From the NCBI GenBank assembly GCA_964234715.1, contig OZ174280.1: 64,000 bases of DNA. One strand, given 5' to 3'. Both the position numbers and the translations under genes were made by a program. The notes under the pieces are model-generated. The model was not told where the DNA came from, did no database searches, and saw nothing but the letters and a program-made list of their open reading frames with translations. The stretch comes from Podarcis melisellensis (lineage: Eukaryota). Positions within the stretch are counted from its first letter, which is position 1. Each line of letters begins with the position of its first letter. This document shows positions 40,451 through 51,339 of the stretch, in pieces.

Positions 40451-40492
40451 CCAGCCTGAAGATGACGAGTGAGACCTCGTCGAAACGTCGCC
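40451..40492 (+). ncRNA. Minimal type I hammerhead ribozyme motif (PLE type)
   Basis: CTGAAGA (40456-62), extra T, stem II GACGAG/TGAGAC/CTCGTC, GAAA, palindromic ACGT stem III, GTC cleavage triplet. Stem I is weak (2 clear bp). Confidence 0.7.
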
Positions 40493-40839
40493 TAGACACC
40501 CCAACTTTTACACGGGAAGACACCCGAGGACACCAAAACCTGCATTCCTGTACCCGTGAAAATCTACGAAAGCATATATATATATATATACACATATACA
40601 TTATGGGAGGTTGAGAAATAACAACAAAAACATAGGGCCAAACATTTTTGTTGCTATTTCCTGACCCTACATTCTGGCTGGGCTGGTAAGATTCTGGCAA
40701 GTGGGCATCAGTAACTCTTGAGCAGAGAGGATTCCTTAATAGTGTTATGAGTTTGTGGTGTTTCAAGACTCCCTTTTTAATTTCTGGACCCCCGCTTCTA
40801 GTTCCTGAATCAGACACTAATCAGACACTGGATTTAGCA

Positions 40840-41341
40840 TGTTAAAATACAGACCAGGAGTCAGCCTGGCAATAGCCTGCTAAATATGAGTCCTTAGTGG
40901 GACAAAGGGACAGACTCTGTGCCATAGGGCAAATGGAAGGGGGCCCTCCCTCACCTCCCTTAGTAAGAAAGACTAAAGCCTTTGGAGTAGTTTTTAGAGT
41001 TTGAAGGAGAGAAGTTCTTTTGAGGACTGCAGTTGGGGTTGATGCGGGCTGGAGGAAAAATAGTTGCACACTGTTAAGCGCGGCAAGCTGAGATGAGGAA
41101 CTGAGGGCCATGGCTGATTTCTGCTTGCATTCAAGACGGTGGCCATTGGAGAAGCCAGAAACTTTGGAGTGTGATGCTGGGAGCCCTTCCACCATAGGCT
41201 CAGGGTGTATATATATGTAAATAAACCATATCTCACAAAGACACCACAGTCTCTGCTGTGCCTCATTTCTAAAAGAATCCCAGGTAAGCACGTGGACCCC
41301 TGGAAGCTTACACCGCTTGGAGATTGGGATGGCTTGTAACA
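40840..41341 (+). mobile_element. Solo-LTR-like element (~500 bp)
   Basis: TGTTA...TAACA ends; AATAAA; shares AAATAAAC.ATAT...AAAG.CAC.AC.GTCTC...CCCCTGGAA with 32790-33290; no TSD seen. Confidence 0.55.
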
Positions 41342-41913
41342 ATATCACTAAGCTTAGAGGACGAGCCTCCCCTCTCCCCAAACTTGGCCTTCAGCATGAT
41401 TAACCTTTACCAAGGGAGACACTAGTCTTAATCAAAACTTAATCAAGAGAAAGACTCCCTGTGGTGAGAGGCTTCATGCCAGGCCTGCCTAACAATAAGA
41501 GGCCCATGCAGGGCATCCTTCTCGCAATGGTTTCTAACCTGCTGTAGGATGGTTTCATCATCAGAACAAAAGAAGCCGCTTCCTGATGCAACAGGTGGGA
41601 GAAGCCTGTGGTGATTACGTTTGTGAGTAGCTGTGGCAGGGAAGGGCTCCCTGGACAGCTTTACTCCCTTAAGGAGAATCCTGAGCACTGCTGCCACATC
41701 CCTTCCATCCCCAAAGAAAGCCTAGCTTGTGAATGACTCCCTTTCCCTCTTACTGAATTGCTAGTATTGAACCAGCAGCACTCGGGTCATTAGACACACA
41801 GCAATATCCACCCTTCCCTGCCCATGGCCAGGGACGGGCTTGACATCTGGGTCCCTTTTCCTTCTCTCTGTCCAGTCACTGTGAGATGCACACCTCCAGG
41901 GTGGGGAAAAGAA

Positions 41914-41915
<2 letters not shown>

Positions 41916-41975
<60 letters not shown>
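41916..41975. repeat. (GA)n microsatellite
   Basis: Seen directly. Confidence 0.97.
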
Positions 41976-41979
<4 letters not shown>

Positions 41980-42441
41980 AAGAGGAGAGGAGAGAGAGTC
42001 TCACTGTCTGTGTATGTAAAGCAACTGTTATAACACTGCCCTGTATCTAGGAAACCAGGCTGGGGAATAATCTTGTTTTGGTCCTAAGAGCCATCGCTGA
42101 GCAAGAGTCATTCTCAGCTAGATCACCTGCATCTCATACAGGTGTCTGTAGCATGCTGAGCATCCAGTTCCCCGCTTAGGGGACAAAGCACTGGTTAGTG
42201 GGCCATGTGACTCCAGGACAAGCTGTACTGTTTTGGTACCGCACAGACATCCCAGAACTGGGACATGCTTCAGCGGCGTAACAATAGCACAGCTGTCACA
42301 TGCACGCAGATACACTCCTCCCTCTCCCTCCCTCTTTCTCCCCCCCCCACTCTCTCTCCCTCTCCCTCCCCCCTTCCCTCCCTCCCTCTCTCCCTCTCGT
42401 TCATAGCCTGAGCCCTGAGACTTCTTTTCCAGATCACTCAC

Positions 42442-42582
42442 CAGGGAACCCACTGTATTTGAGAAATTTCTGTTCAGGGAAGCAGTCAAGAAGGAGGACT
42501 GGTAGCCTGGCAGCAAACCCTGGGATGCCGTTTTGCACATAATCAGCTCTCTCTTGGCTGGCAAAGGCTGTTCTTGTTCCAT
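42442..42582 (-). CDS. Candidate first coding exon of an unidentified minus-strand host gene (47 codons)
   Basis: ATG-initiated MEQEQPLPAKRELIMCKTASQGLLPGYQSSFLTASLNRNFSNTVGSL ends in phase 0 at a consensus donor CTG|GTGAGT, in non-repetitive sequence. No recognised homology. Confidence 0.25.
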
Positions 42583-45274
42583 AGGATCAGATCAGGACAG
42601 CAGAACGGGAGTGCGAGGCAGGTGCAAAGTGTGCCTTGGAGACGTCACAACCCAATGCCAGCAGCATCTGTACCAGATCACAATGTAACTGACTGCAGCG
42701 TGACTATAAAGTGTTGATAGTTACTCTCCAGTTTCAGGACATGGCACCGGTCCGCTTCCTCTCCCAGGCTCACATTCAGCAGCAGGTCAAGCACAAAATG
42801 CCCTTTGCCATTCATTCTGTGGCATTTCCTCTTATGGGAACCTAGAGCTGCACCACTGAATACTTGAAAATAGCAAAAAGGAGCAGAGGGATGGAACAGC
42901 CACCCAGAGTGGCTCGTTGTGGGGGGTGTGTGTGATGGTTTTCTCTCCCCCCCCCCTTTTTCTTTTCTTTTTTGAGGGAGGGTGGGAAGAGAACCCTGGT
43001 GTTACTTTGGATTTCTGATCACTTGCAAACTTTTACTTTGAATCTCTTATTGATTGTGCAGCTAGAAACAAGACAGTGGTTTCTTCAGACCCCCTTTCCG
43101 TTGCACATTTATGATGATTTGTGCTCATTCAAGTATCAGGATGCTTATATGTGATTCTGCTTTCAATACCGTTTGCCCCTGTAAAAGCTTTGGGGCAGTC
43201 ATACTGCCTGTAGCAGCTTCCCATGGAAAACCAGTCACTGTGCATATGCCAAATGTTCTGGATATTTGCTTGCCCTGCTTTGTTGCACTGCAGTGCCTCT
43301 CCAGATGACAATAATGCAGTGACATTGGGCAAGTATCACAGAACAACTAATAAAGTGGACTGGTGTGTGGACAGTCCAATATTATCCCATCATTAATGCA
43401 CTATTATGAGTCAAAGGCATGTTGCAGTGTACACCAAGAAACAAAGAAGCAAACACCCATCTAGGGGTGAGAATCTGGAGGCAGCTGTGGGTTGGGAGAA
43501 TAGCTATAGGGAGCTTAGCAAGAAGGCATGCCATTGTAGGAGGAATGCTTAATCTGAAATAAACACACAAATCCTTCTCCCTTTAGTCTGAGTCTTTCTC
43601 TATCTGGAGTGCCTGCTGTTTACCAACTTTGACATCCTATTATTTAATCTGAATGGCAGATTAAGTAACCTCCCAGGGTAACAAAATGTCTTGAATTGAC
43701 CCTTCCTATCTAAGCATGAACTTTCCGACTTTTGAAAAACACTGTAAAGCTTTCATTCAATTCAGACATACATCTAACAACCAGGGATTAACATGTGTGT
43801 ATGTGCAGACATGTAGCCACAGATGCACATGTGTGTTTGTATTTCTTTGTGGTTTTTCTGGTAGTTTTTATTTCATATTTTAAATGCTGCATACTTGAAT
43901 GTGGGTAGTAGCTGATATGGTGTACGGATTAAATCCTCTGGGCCCGAGAGCTTTTCTCATTGTTCCATAGCTGTGCCTTGAGAAAATCTGATCTTACCTG
44001 CTGAACTGAAGCTTGGTCAAGCAAAATATCCCTTTGGATTTTCCGCACATCTGATAAGACCTGATTCGCAGGTAAGATCAGGTTTTAGCAAGAACACAAA
44101 AAGCTCTCAGACCGGGGGAAATTAATTGGTACACAATACGAGCAAATTATGGATCAAGCAAAAGTGTGGATGAGCCCCTTTTGGAGCTGGGCTAGAAAAC
44201 TGAAAGATACTGATGTCCTGTATGAGAGTTCTTAATGTCAGGCCCTCTTGCATTTCAGAATAGACATCTACAGGCTGCAAATGCATGTTGCAAGATACTT
44301 CACTTGCTGCTTAGACATTCTGAAGCTCAAGAGTTCCCTCCCACCATCACTGCCTTCCCACTTTAGTCAAGACTCTATGATATGCACCAGTCAGGAGGCC
44401 AAGGGGCAGCGCAAAAGCAGCAGGGGAGAGGAAGTATCACACTTTAAACCACATTTCCCATGGGACGGTTGTGCTGCGCTCAGTCCCACCGAGTGGTTTG
44501 GGTCACTAAACCTGGGATGAGTTATAGTTTCCCAAAGGAAAAGCTTTGCTAAGCGGGACCCCAGGCCTCAGCCAACCAATCCCCTTTCCAGAATTGTTGA
44601 GCAAAAGGAATGTGTTCCCCTTGTGTGCTTTGGTTTCATCCATGGGGGCCTCCCAAGTTGCTTGCGCCGCTGGATCCATGTAGCAAGAGAGCATGAAAAG
44701 ATGAAAGACCCCTTTGCTCTTACTTCCTCCTCCCCCTTCTTGATCTCTGGGACCTACAGCTTCCCTACAGCAGAGAGCAAGGCTTTCCCATGGTCAGAGA
44801 GGTCAGCATTCCTGCCTGGGAGCTCACAAAGAGAGGAATGCGGGGAACGCACCTGAGAAATGAGCAATTCCTTTCATTCCGGGAGGCAACATGCAGAGAC
44901 ATATAAAAGCTGTCCAAAGCAAGCTCAGCTCCCCTTTGCGCAAGGTGGGAAGAGCTGCTTCTGCGGAGCACTTTGGAAAACATTTAATAGGAAAAGGAAA
45001 TGCCGTGAGATCCATTCCATCTCAACTCAGAGGGTGAAAATGCCCACAGCTTCTCAGCCGAGTCTGTTGTGTGAATTGATCAGTCCCCACCCATGCTGAG
45101 GGCCTTTCCATATGGCTCTATCAAAGTGTGGTCCAGTTGCATAGCAGTATTTTATTTTTATTTTTTTTGCAAAGCAGTCTTGCAAAGCCCTTTTCAATGA
45201 CTATAGAAGGATCATTTCCAGAAGGGTAGCTGTCTTAGTTTGCATTGCAGCAAAAAGAAATGAAAAAAGGACAG

Positions 45275-45720
45275 TGCTCTGTAGTGGTTAGAGCAGGAGT
45301 CAGCAAACTTTTTCAGCATGGGGCTGGTCCACTATCCCTCAGACATTGTGAGGGGCCGGACTATATTTTGAAAAAATAAATGAACGAATTTCTATGCCCC
45401 ACAAATAACCCAGAGATGCATTTTAAAGAAAAGGACACATTCTACTCATGTAAAAACATGCTGATTCCTGGACTGTCTGTGGGCCGGATTTAGAAGGTGA
45501 TTGGACTGGATCTGGCCCCTGGGCCTTAGTTTGCCTACCCATGGGTTAGAGTGCTGGACTAGGACCCAGGAGCCTAGGGTTCAAATCTCCACTCAGCCAT
45601 GAAGCTCACCAGTCACCTACCTCTCAGGGTTGTTGTGAGCATAAAAGTGGGGGGAGAAGTTTGCATGCCACCTTGAGCTCCTTGGAGGAAAGGTAGGATA
45701 TAAATACATACATACATACA
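45275..45720 (+). mobile_element. MIR-like tRNA-derived SINE, split by the hAT MITE
   Basis: GTAGTGGTTAGAG|TGCTGGACTAGGAC...GGGTTCAAATCTCC (A/B boxes), core GGGTTGTTGTGAG, A-rich (TACA)n tail. Confidence 0.75.
45294..45543. mobile_element. hAT-Charlie-like MITE (250 bp)
   Basis: Ends CAGGAGTCAGCAAACT / AGTTTGCCTACCCATG; perfect 8-bp TSD GGTTAGAG. Confidence 0.88.
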
Positions 45721-46107
45721 TACTACAGAGAATTTTGTGCACCTTAAAGATGTAACAAATGTTATTATAGCACAAGCTTTCAAGGAGTTCCAGCCGATCT
45801 CATAAGATGCATAGAGTGTGATCCTCAGTTGTCAGGTGTAATGGGTGTAAAGGAGTTAAAAATGTAAAGGTTGGTTACAAATGGCAATGAAATGCAAATG
45901 TACAGCCTGAGACCATTCAGTTAGTGTTTAAATATATGCAACATGACTTCTCAATGCCTGTTGCTGAGCCATGATGCTGAACGCTAACCGCCTCTGACAG
46001 CAGTATAGTTGGCTTGTGGTACAACGAGGTGATCTTAGTCACTGATCATAACAGTATCAGTGGTCTTACGGGACCCCACTTTAGATCACTATATCTATCA
46101 CTTCACA

Positions 46108-46464
46108 GGGACACGGGTGGCACTGTGGTCTAAACACAGAGCCTAGGGCTTGCCAATCAGAAGGTCGGTGGTTCGAATCCCCACGATGGGGTGAGCTCCC
46201 GTTGTTCGGTCCCAGCTTTTGCCAACCTAGCAGTTTAAAAGCACGTCAAGTGCACGTAGATAAATAGGTACCGCTCCAGCGGCAAGGTAAACAGCCTTTC
46301 TGTGTGCTGCTCTGGTTCACCAGAAGCGCTTAGTCATACTGGCCACATGACCTGGAAGCTGTCTGCGGACAAACGCCAGCTCCCTCGGCCTATAGAGCAA
46401 GATGAGCGCTGCAATCCCAGAGTCATCCACGACTGGACCTAACAGTCAGGGGTACCTTTACCTT
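46108..46464 (+). mobile_element. Sauria SINE, full length
   Basis: tRNA-like head with A/B boxes and (ACCTTT)n tail; 14-bp TSD TATCTATCACTTCA at 46092-46105 and 46465-46478. Confidence 0.93.
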
Positions 46465-46841
46465 TATCTATCACTTCAACTGTAAACACGCAATTAACAT
46501 TTCTCTCTCTCGCTCCATGCATTATAGCTGCTTCCAAATTCCTGGTATGTTAGAGCAGCAGCAGCAGCAGAGAATTTGTGAATCCTGATGGGAAAAAGGA
46601 GCATCCTGAGCATGTGCACTTTGGCATTTTAAAAAAAAAATGGCTTCAAGCATGGTGCCTTCAATGACAACAGGAATGAAATGGAGTTTGTGTCTCCTGC
46701 ACTGATGCTAAATGCAACCACTTGGGAATAAGTCCCATTCTGTTTTGGAGAAGGATGGTATCCTTAAAAATAATAAAAGGAGCATCTGTAACAATGTACC
46801 TACCGGCATTTGGCTGGTTGACCCCTGACTTAGCCCTGAAA

Positions 46842-46983
46842 CAGGTGTGGGGAATCTGTGGCCCTTCAGATGCTGTCAGATTATGACTCCCATCATCCCT
46901 CATCATTGGCCATACTGGCTGGGGCTGATGGGAGTTGGAGTCCAGATCCATCTGGCGGGCCACAGGTTCCCTCCCCTCCCCTG
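46842..46983. mobile_element. Short palindromic hAT-like MITE (related decayed copies near 6708, 7908, 9500, 15572, 22925, 24718, 50090, 62885)
   Basis: GGGGAATCTGTGGCCC..CAGATG...CTCCCATCA / TGATGGGAG...CATCTG..GGGCCACAGGTTCCC fold-back symmetry. Confidence 0.65.
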
Positions 46984-47202
46984 AAAGCCTGGCTTAAAGC
47001 AGAGCAGCTTCTTATCTTTCTTCCCACCCTAAAGGATAAACAAGGGAGCAGCCCCTGAAATGGGCATTCTCTGGGCCTGCTGGGATTCCTTCTCTGGAGG
47101 GAAGGGATCAAAGCCAAGGCGAGAGGCAAGCACTTACCACCAGTCCTATATGCAAGCTCCTCTAGAGATGCTTTCTAGAGATACTGGTACCTCTTTTATA
47201 AA

Positions 47203-47274
47203 GAGAAGAGGCTGATCTCAGAGTGGGGAAAATGTTTTGAGAAGAGGCTGATCTCAGAGTGGGGAAAATGTTTT
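47203..47274. repeat. Perfect 36-bp tandem duplication
   Basis: GAGAAGAGGCTGATCTCAGAGTGGGGAAAATGTTTT twice. Confidence 0.95.
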
Positions 47275-47318
47275 CCCTATCTCGCACTTGCTGATTGTTC
47301 GACTGCTGAGGTCCAACA

Positions 47319-47320
47319 AG

Positions 47321-47383
<63 letters not shown>
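47319..47383. repeat. (GA)n microsatellite
   Basis: Seen directly. Confidence 0.97.
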
Positions 47384-47387
<4 letters not shown>

Positions 47388-48242
47388 GCAGCCACGGCAG
47401 ATCGCCCCTCCTCTGTCTCCTCCACACACACACACCCTATGCTCTCCACCCCAATTGCTACTGGAGTCTGGGGTTCCTGCACATGACATCATTTCCCACC
47501 AATCACAAAGGGCCATTGCTTCAATGACTGCAAGCTGGGGGCCCCACTTCCCCCTGCTCATATCCAATACAAGTTCAACGGCATGCAGTGAAAACTGACC
47601 CGTCCCTGATCAGAGAGGGGTGGAGGCCGCTGGTGAGCTTCTGGTGCGGAGGGCTGTGTGGCGCGCACAACTGCACAGCCCCAGACAGCTGCCAAGGCCC
47701 CTGAGCAGGAGCAGCAGGAAGACCATCTCTTCCCGCCAGTGATTTGCCCACTCACGCCACCGATCCCCGAGTCCTTGCTGTAGCTCATGCCCTCTAGCCC
47801 ATGAAACAGCAAGCATCCCATAATTGACAACCACTCCATCCCTTCCTTAGGCAGGATGCTAACAGCCACCGAGCAAAATGCCCCTGTACAAATGCACACC
47901 ATTGAGCACAGACGCACATGTAGTGGTGGGGGAACCCACTCCTTTTGCTGTGCTCTTTTCTTATTTTTCTTTTATGCCCATAAACCAAAGCCCAGCTCTT
48001 GCTACATCTGTGCAACCAGCTCTGCTGATACAGGAGAACTGTATCCTAATACATTGGAACACATGGACTTCCTGGGTATCCTTGGTCAAGTCACCTGTCT
48101 GTCTCATATACTCACTGCAAAAAGGGGAAGTTATTGACCAATATTACTGTGTGGGAATCATAGAACCACAAAATTGCAGGGTGGGAATGGTACCCTCAAA
48201 GGCCATCTGATTCAACCCCCTACAATGCAGGAATCTGTTGGC

Positions 48243-48945
48243 ATAAGTCTTTCTTGAGAGACAATGGAGTGAGCCTCTGAGGGTGAAGTCAAACTGCTAC
48301 GTTAGCAGTACTGAAGTGACCTCTTTGGGATGCAAGTCTGGACAGTGTGTATGGAGGTCCTGGGTGGCCCAGACAACAAGACCCCCCACCTCAGCCTTCC
48401 TTATGTGGTCCAAAAGAAAGCAGAGTAATACATTTGACACCAGCTTGACTGCAGGAGTTGCCGGAAGGAGCCATACAAGGCACCATCCAACCATCTTAGG
48501 GACTCCATTCCAGATTTGTGTAGGGTTTACTCCTGAGCCTTTTCTTCTCCAGAAGATATCCTGCAAGGCAGCAGAGATTTAGGATCAGAGTTTTCCTAGA
48601 TGGGCTACCTTCCCAGCTTGACAAGCCCCATGTGCCCCTCATTTCCCTCTACAGCATGTGCTGAAACTGCCTTCTTGACCGCTGGACCCAGTATTGGTCT
48701 TGTCTGCTCAATTCACCAGAGCCTGTCTTTGTATGCAGGGGAAGACCCTAACTCACCAAGGGTTTGAGCCCCACCAGCAACCTTCATCTGGTTTAGTGGG
48801 CCAGTCAAAGCTGTTCCTGGGGTGTGGCCACTGTCATCTACTGACAGCTTCTAGGATCTACAAGTGAGAGCTGAGTGCAGGGTGGGGACCCAAGGTGGAC
48901 AAACTACCCCAGAAGGAGCACAACGTGTCCCCCACCAGGGGTACC
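48243..48945 (-). mobile_element. Probable non-autonomous RTE-derived element (5'UTR-like body plus RTE-like 3' tail)
   Basis: Minus-strand end CACTCCATTGTCTCTCAAGAAAGAC resembles the RTE 3' ends at ~37005-37030 and ~53415-53440. Body has CCATCTAGGAAAACTCTGA, like RTE 5'UTRs. No ORF. Confidence 0.55.
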
Positions 48946-50139
48946 ACCCCTCCCCTAACACCCTATACACCTCAATGCAGGAATCACAGCTAATTAAACC
49001 CTGTTGTAGTGAATCAACAAGTCTACATACATTTTGCATGGTAAAATGTGCTGTGTAAATAAATAAGAATTAAAAAGAGGAAGGTCATTCTGAGATGGGT
49101 GGCGCTCAGGATTTACTGTGCAAATGCAATCTGCATTTTCCTATTGAACTTTCATTTTCAACCACCTGTAGCTTGTTTTAAGTGGATATAATATTCCAGT
49201 TTTCCCTTCTAGAAATATTGATCCAAGCCATGCTTTGTTATGATTTGTTTGGGTGAAATTCCCTGAGATCACAGTTAGTGAGGTGGGGTTTGTGTATGTG
49301 TATCTGTAACTCTAGCATAGCACTTGATGCTGACACTCTGATTTTCTGCATGGGCAGAGTCTAGCCCATTGAAGAAGCTGGCCATATCAACATGCTAGCT
49401 GGCTCTTTCTGAATGAACTCTGTTCCTAGCAATTGAACCACTCCACCGTCTAGTCTCCACTGAACAGGCTGAGCCTGGAGTGGTCGTGTGCTCAAAGGGG
49501 GGGAAATGAATGGGCAGGCAAGGGGAAAGACATCTAGATCCAGAGGCATCTAGGAAATGTGGAGCTCCCTGTGACATTGAAGGGGGAAGATGCTGGAATG
49601 TAGCCGGGAAATGTTGCATGAAATCCAGGCTTAAGGCTTGATGACTGATGATCAAACAGTCGCTATGACTAGATGTAGGAGTCAAAACTGGCTGCTTCCC
49701 TTGGGAATTATCCCAGTGAAACATAATAAAGCATGGTTTGGACCAGTTTTTCATCCAGAGACAATTTTATTTTAAAGTGTCATATATCGTTAAAACAGAA
49801 AAGTGTAAAATAATACGCTTCTTATTTACCTGTAAATCACAGACTTCATCCAGGCAGACTGACAATCCAGCAGATTAAGAGCGAGGAAAGGAGTTCTTCA
49901 CATTGCCATGGAAGGGTTTTCATCTAGAGACTTGTATGGAAAGACTGGGAATTTTTCTGGGAAAGGGTCTGGCACAAGGCAATATTGAGCAAACAGAAGG
50001 CAAAGAGAATGTAGGCTTTCTGAAGCCTCAAACTACTGCTGGTGGCCACTGCAAAGGGGACTCTCAGACATTTGCACACTGTTTGGAGCAGCATTCGCCA
50101 ACCTGGTGCCCTCCAGATGTTTTGGACTACAATTCCTAT

Positions 50140-50822
50140 TGTTATAAGAATTTTAAGGTCATATATATATATAAAATTAAATGTTAATAACTCTATATAT
50201 AAACCACATGTCTGAAACCCCACAGATTAGGTCCTGAAGAAATTGACCTCAAATATTTCTCGCAAAGTCAAAGTGGGAAGCCTCCCCATTGTCTCTTTCC
50301 TCACAAATCCTGTCTTAAGGGCACATTCAAGATATGAACAGGGTGTGATCCTGTCACCTGTGACCTAGATTCAGGAATTAAGTAGTTATCATAACAAAGA
50401 GTGGCCAAAACCCAGATAATGCAATCAGGTAACTTGCCAGACAGGAGATAAACAACACACTCAGATTTCTGTTGTAGACCGCCTTTTCTGTGATGTAGGT
50501 ATGATGTATCTGGGGAATGGTCTTGGGCTACATCCCTTCTGTGGACTTGGGTGGACTTGGACTCCGGGGCGGGCAATTTAAAATGTCTATATAAGGGCGG
50601 GCACACCTTTGTTCTGGGTCCTCCTCTCTCCTGCGTGTGGAGGAGCACCCTGTTGCAACAGCATTAATAAAGATCAGGCTTACTAGCTGTCTTGCTTTCT
50701 CAATATTCTCTGGTTGGCCTCTGTTATTTTCTCCTACCAAGAGAGAACCTAAAAAGAGGACTCTATATGGGCTCTTGGGTACCCCATAAGGGAAAAAGGG
50801 CAGGTTTTTTTTTCTTATATCA
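50140..50822 (+). mobile_element. Solo LTR (ERV- or Gypsy-type), 683 bp
   Basis: 11-bp TIR TGTTATAAGAA / TTCTTATATCA (1 mismatch); 4-bp TSD CTAT; GC boxes, TATA box (CTATATAA ~50587) and AATAAA (~50666); interrupts a short MITE. Confidence 0.85.
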
Positions 50823-51339
50823 CTATCATTTCCAATCTTGATGGCACCTGTGTCGCAAAGTATATGCCTGAACCCACACCTGTGTGCAGCACTCGTATGT
50901 ATTCATTCACACAATACCAAGAAGTCTGGGATTTTTTGCTAGAGTTATGATGCGTGTCCGCTATGAATTTGTGTTTAGCTCCAGTCCCAGGTCCGCAATA
51001 AGTTCTTACACAAAAGATATAAAAAACACTTGGTGTATTGTATGAAATGAAATTGACAGAATGTATAAATGTGTGCGACACATACACACCTTCATCTAAA
51101 GAGCGAAATAATCTCTACTCTCAAACGCCGACAGAAAGTGAGTGTGACAATTTTGCCACAGAATCTACACTAATGGCAAATCAAAAAATGAAAAATGGAG
51201 GGTAGTGGGTATACCTGTCCTTAAGGCAAAGTGTGTGTTGGTTCTTTGAAAGTGCTGAGTAAGTTACTTGTTTGAGCTTGGAGAGCTAACTAACCTTTGA
51301 AAATCTAGGGGTTATGTACTAATTTTAGCCAATGCATAG

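Larger units (their letters stand above)
39942..40573 (+). mobile_element. Penelope-like element remnant: inverted pLTR pair plus short 3' tail, inserted in (TA)n
   Basis: 277-bp arms 39942-40218 and 40269-40545 are reverse complements around a 50-bp spacer. The right arm continues 28 bp (TCCTGTACCCGTGAAAATCTACGAAAGC) into (AT)n. Hammerhead motif in both arms. Confidence 0.85.
45215..45820 (-). mobile_element. Neptune/Penelope pLTR relic interrupted by a SINE that is itself interrupted by a hAT MITE
   Basis: CAGAAGGGTAGCTGTCTTAGT...GCAGCAAAAA (45215-45270) resumes as TGTGCACCTTAAAGATGTAACAAAT...CACAAGCTTTC...AGATGCA (45725-45815). Confidence 0.55.

Noticed and set aside
39856-40817. Mirror-image ORFs with identical peptides on both strands
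   Set aside because: A direct result of the inverted repeat and (TA)n; no protein motifs.
46108-46190. tRNA-like sequences (also ~26700-26776, 51340-51410, 11750-11815)
   Set aside because: SINE heads joined to SINE bodies and tails; no complete cloverleaf.
47203-47274. 36-bp direct repeat, CRISPR-like in length
   Set aside because: Only two abutting copies, no spacers, no cas genes, eukaryotic DNA.
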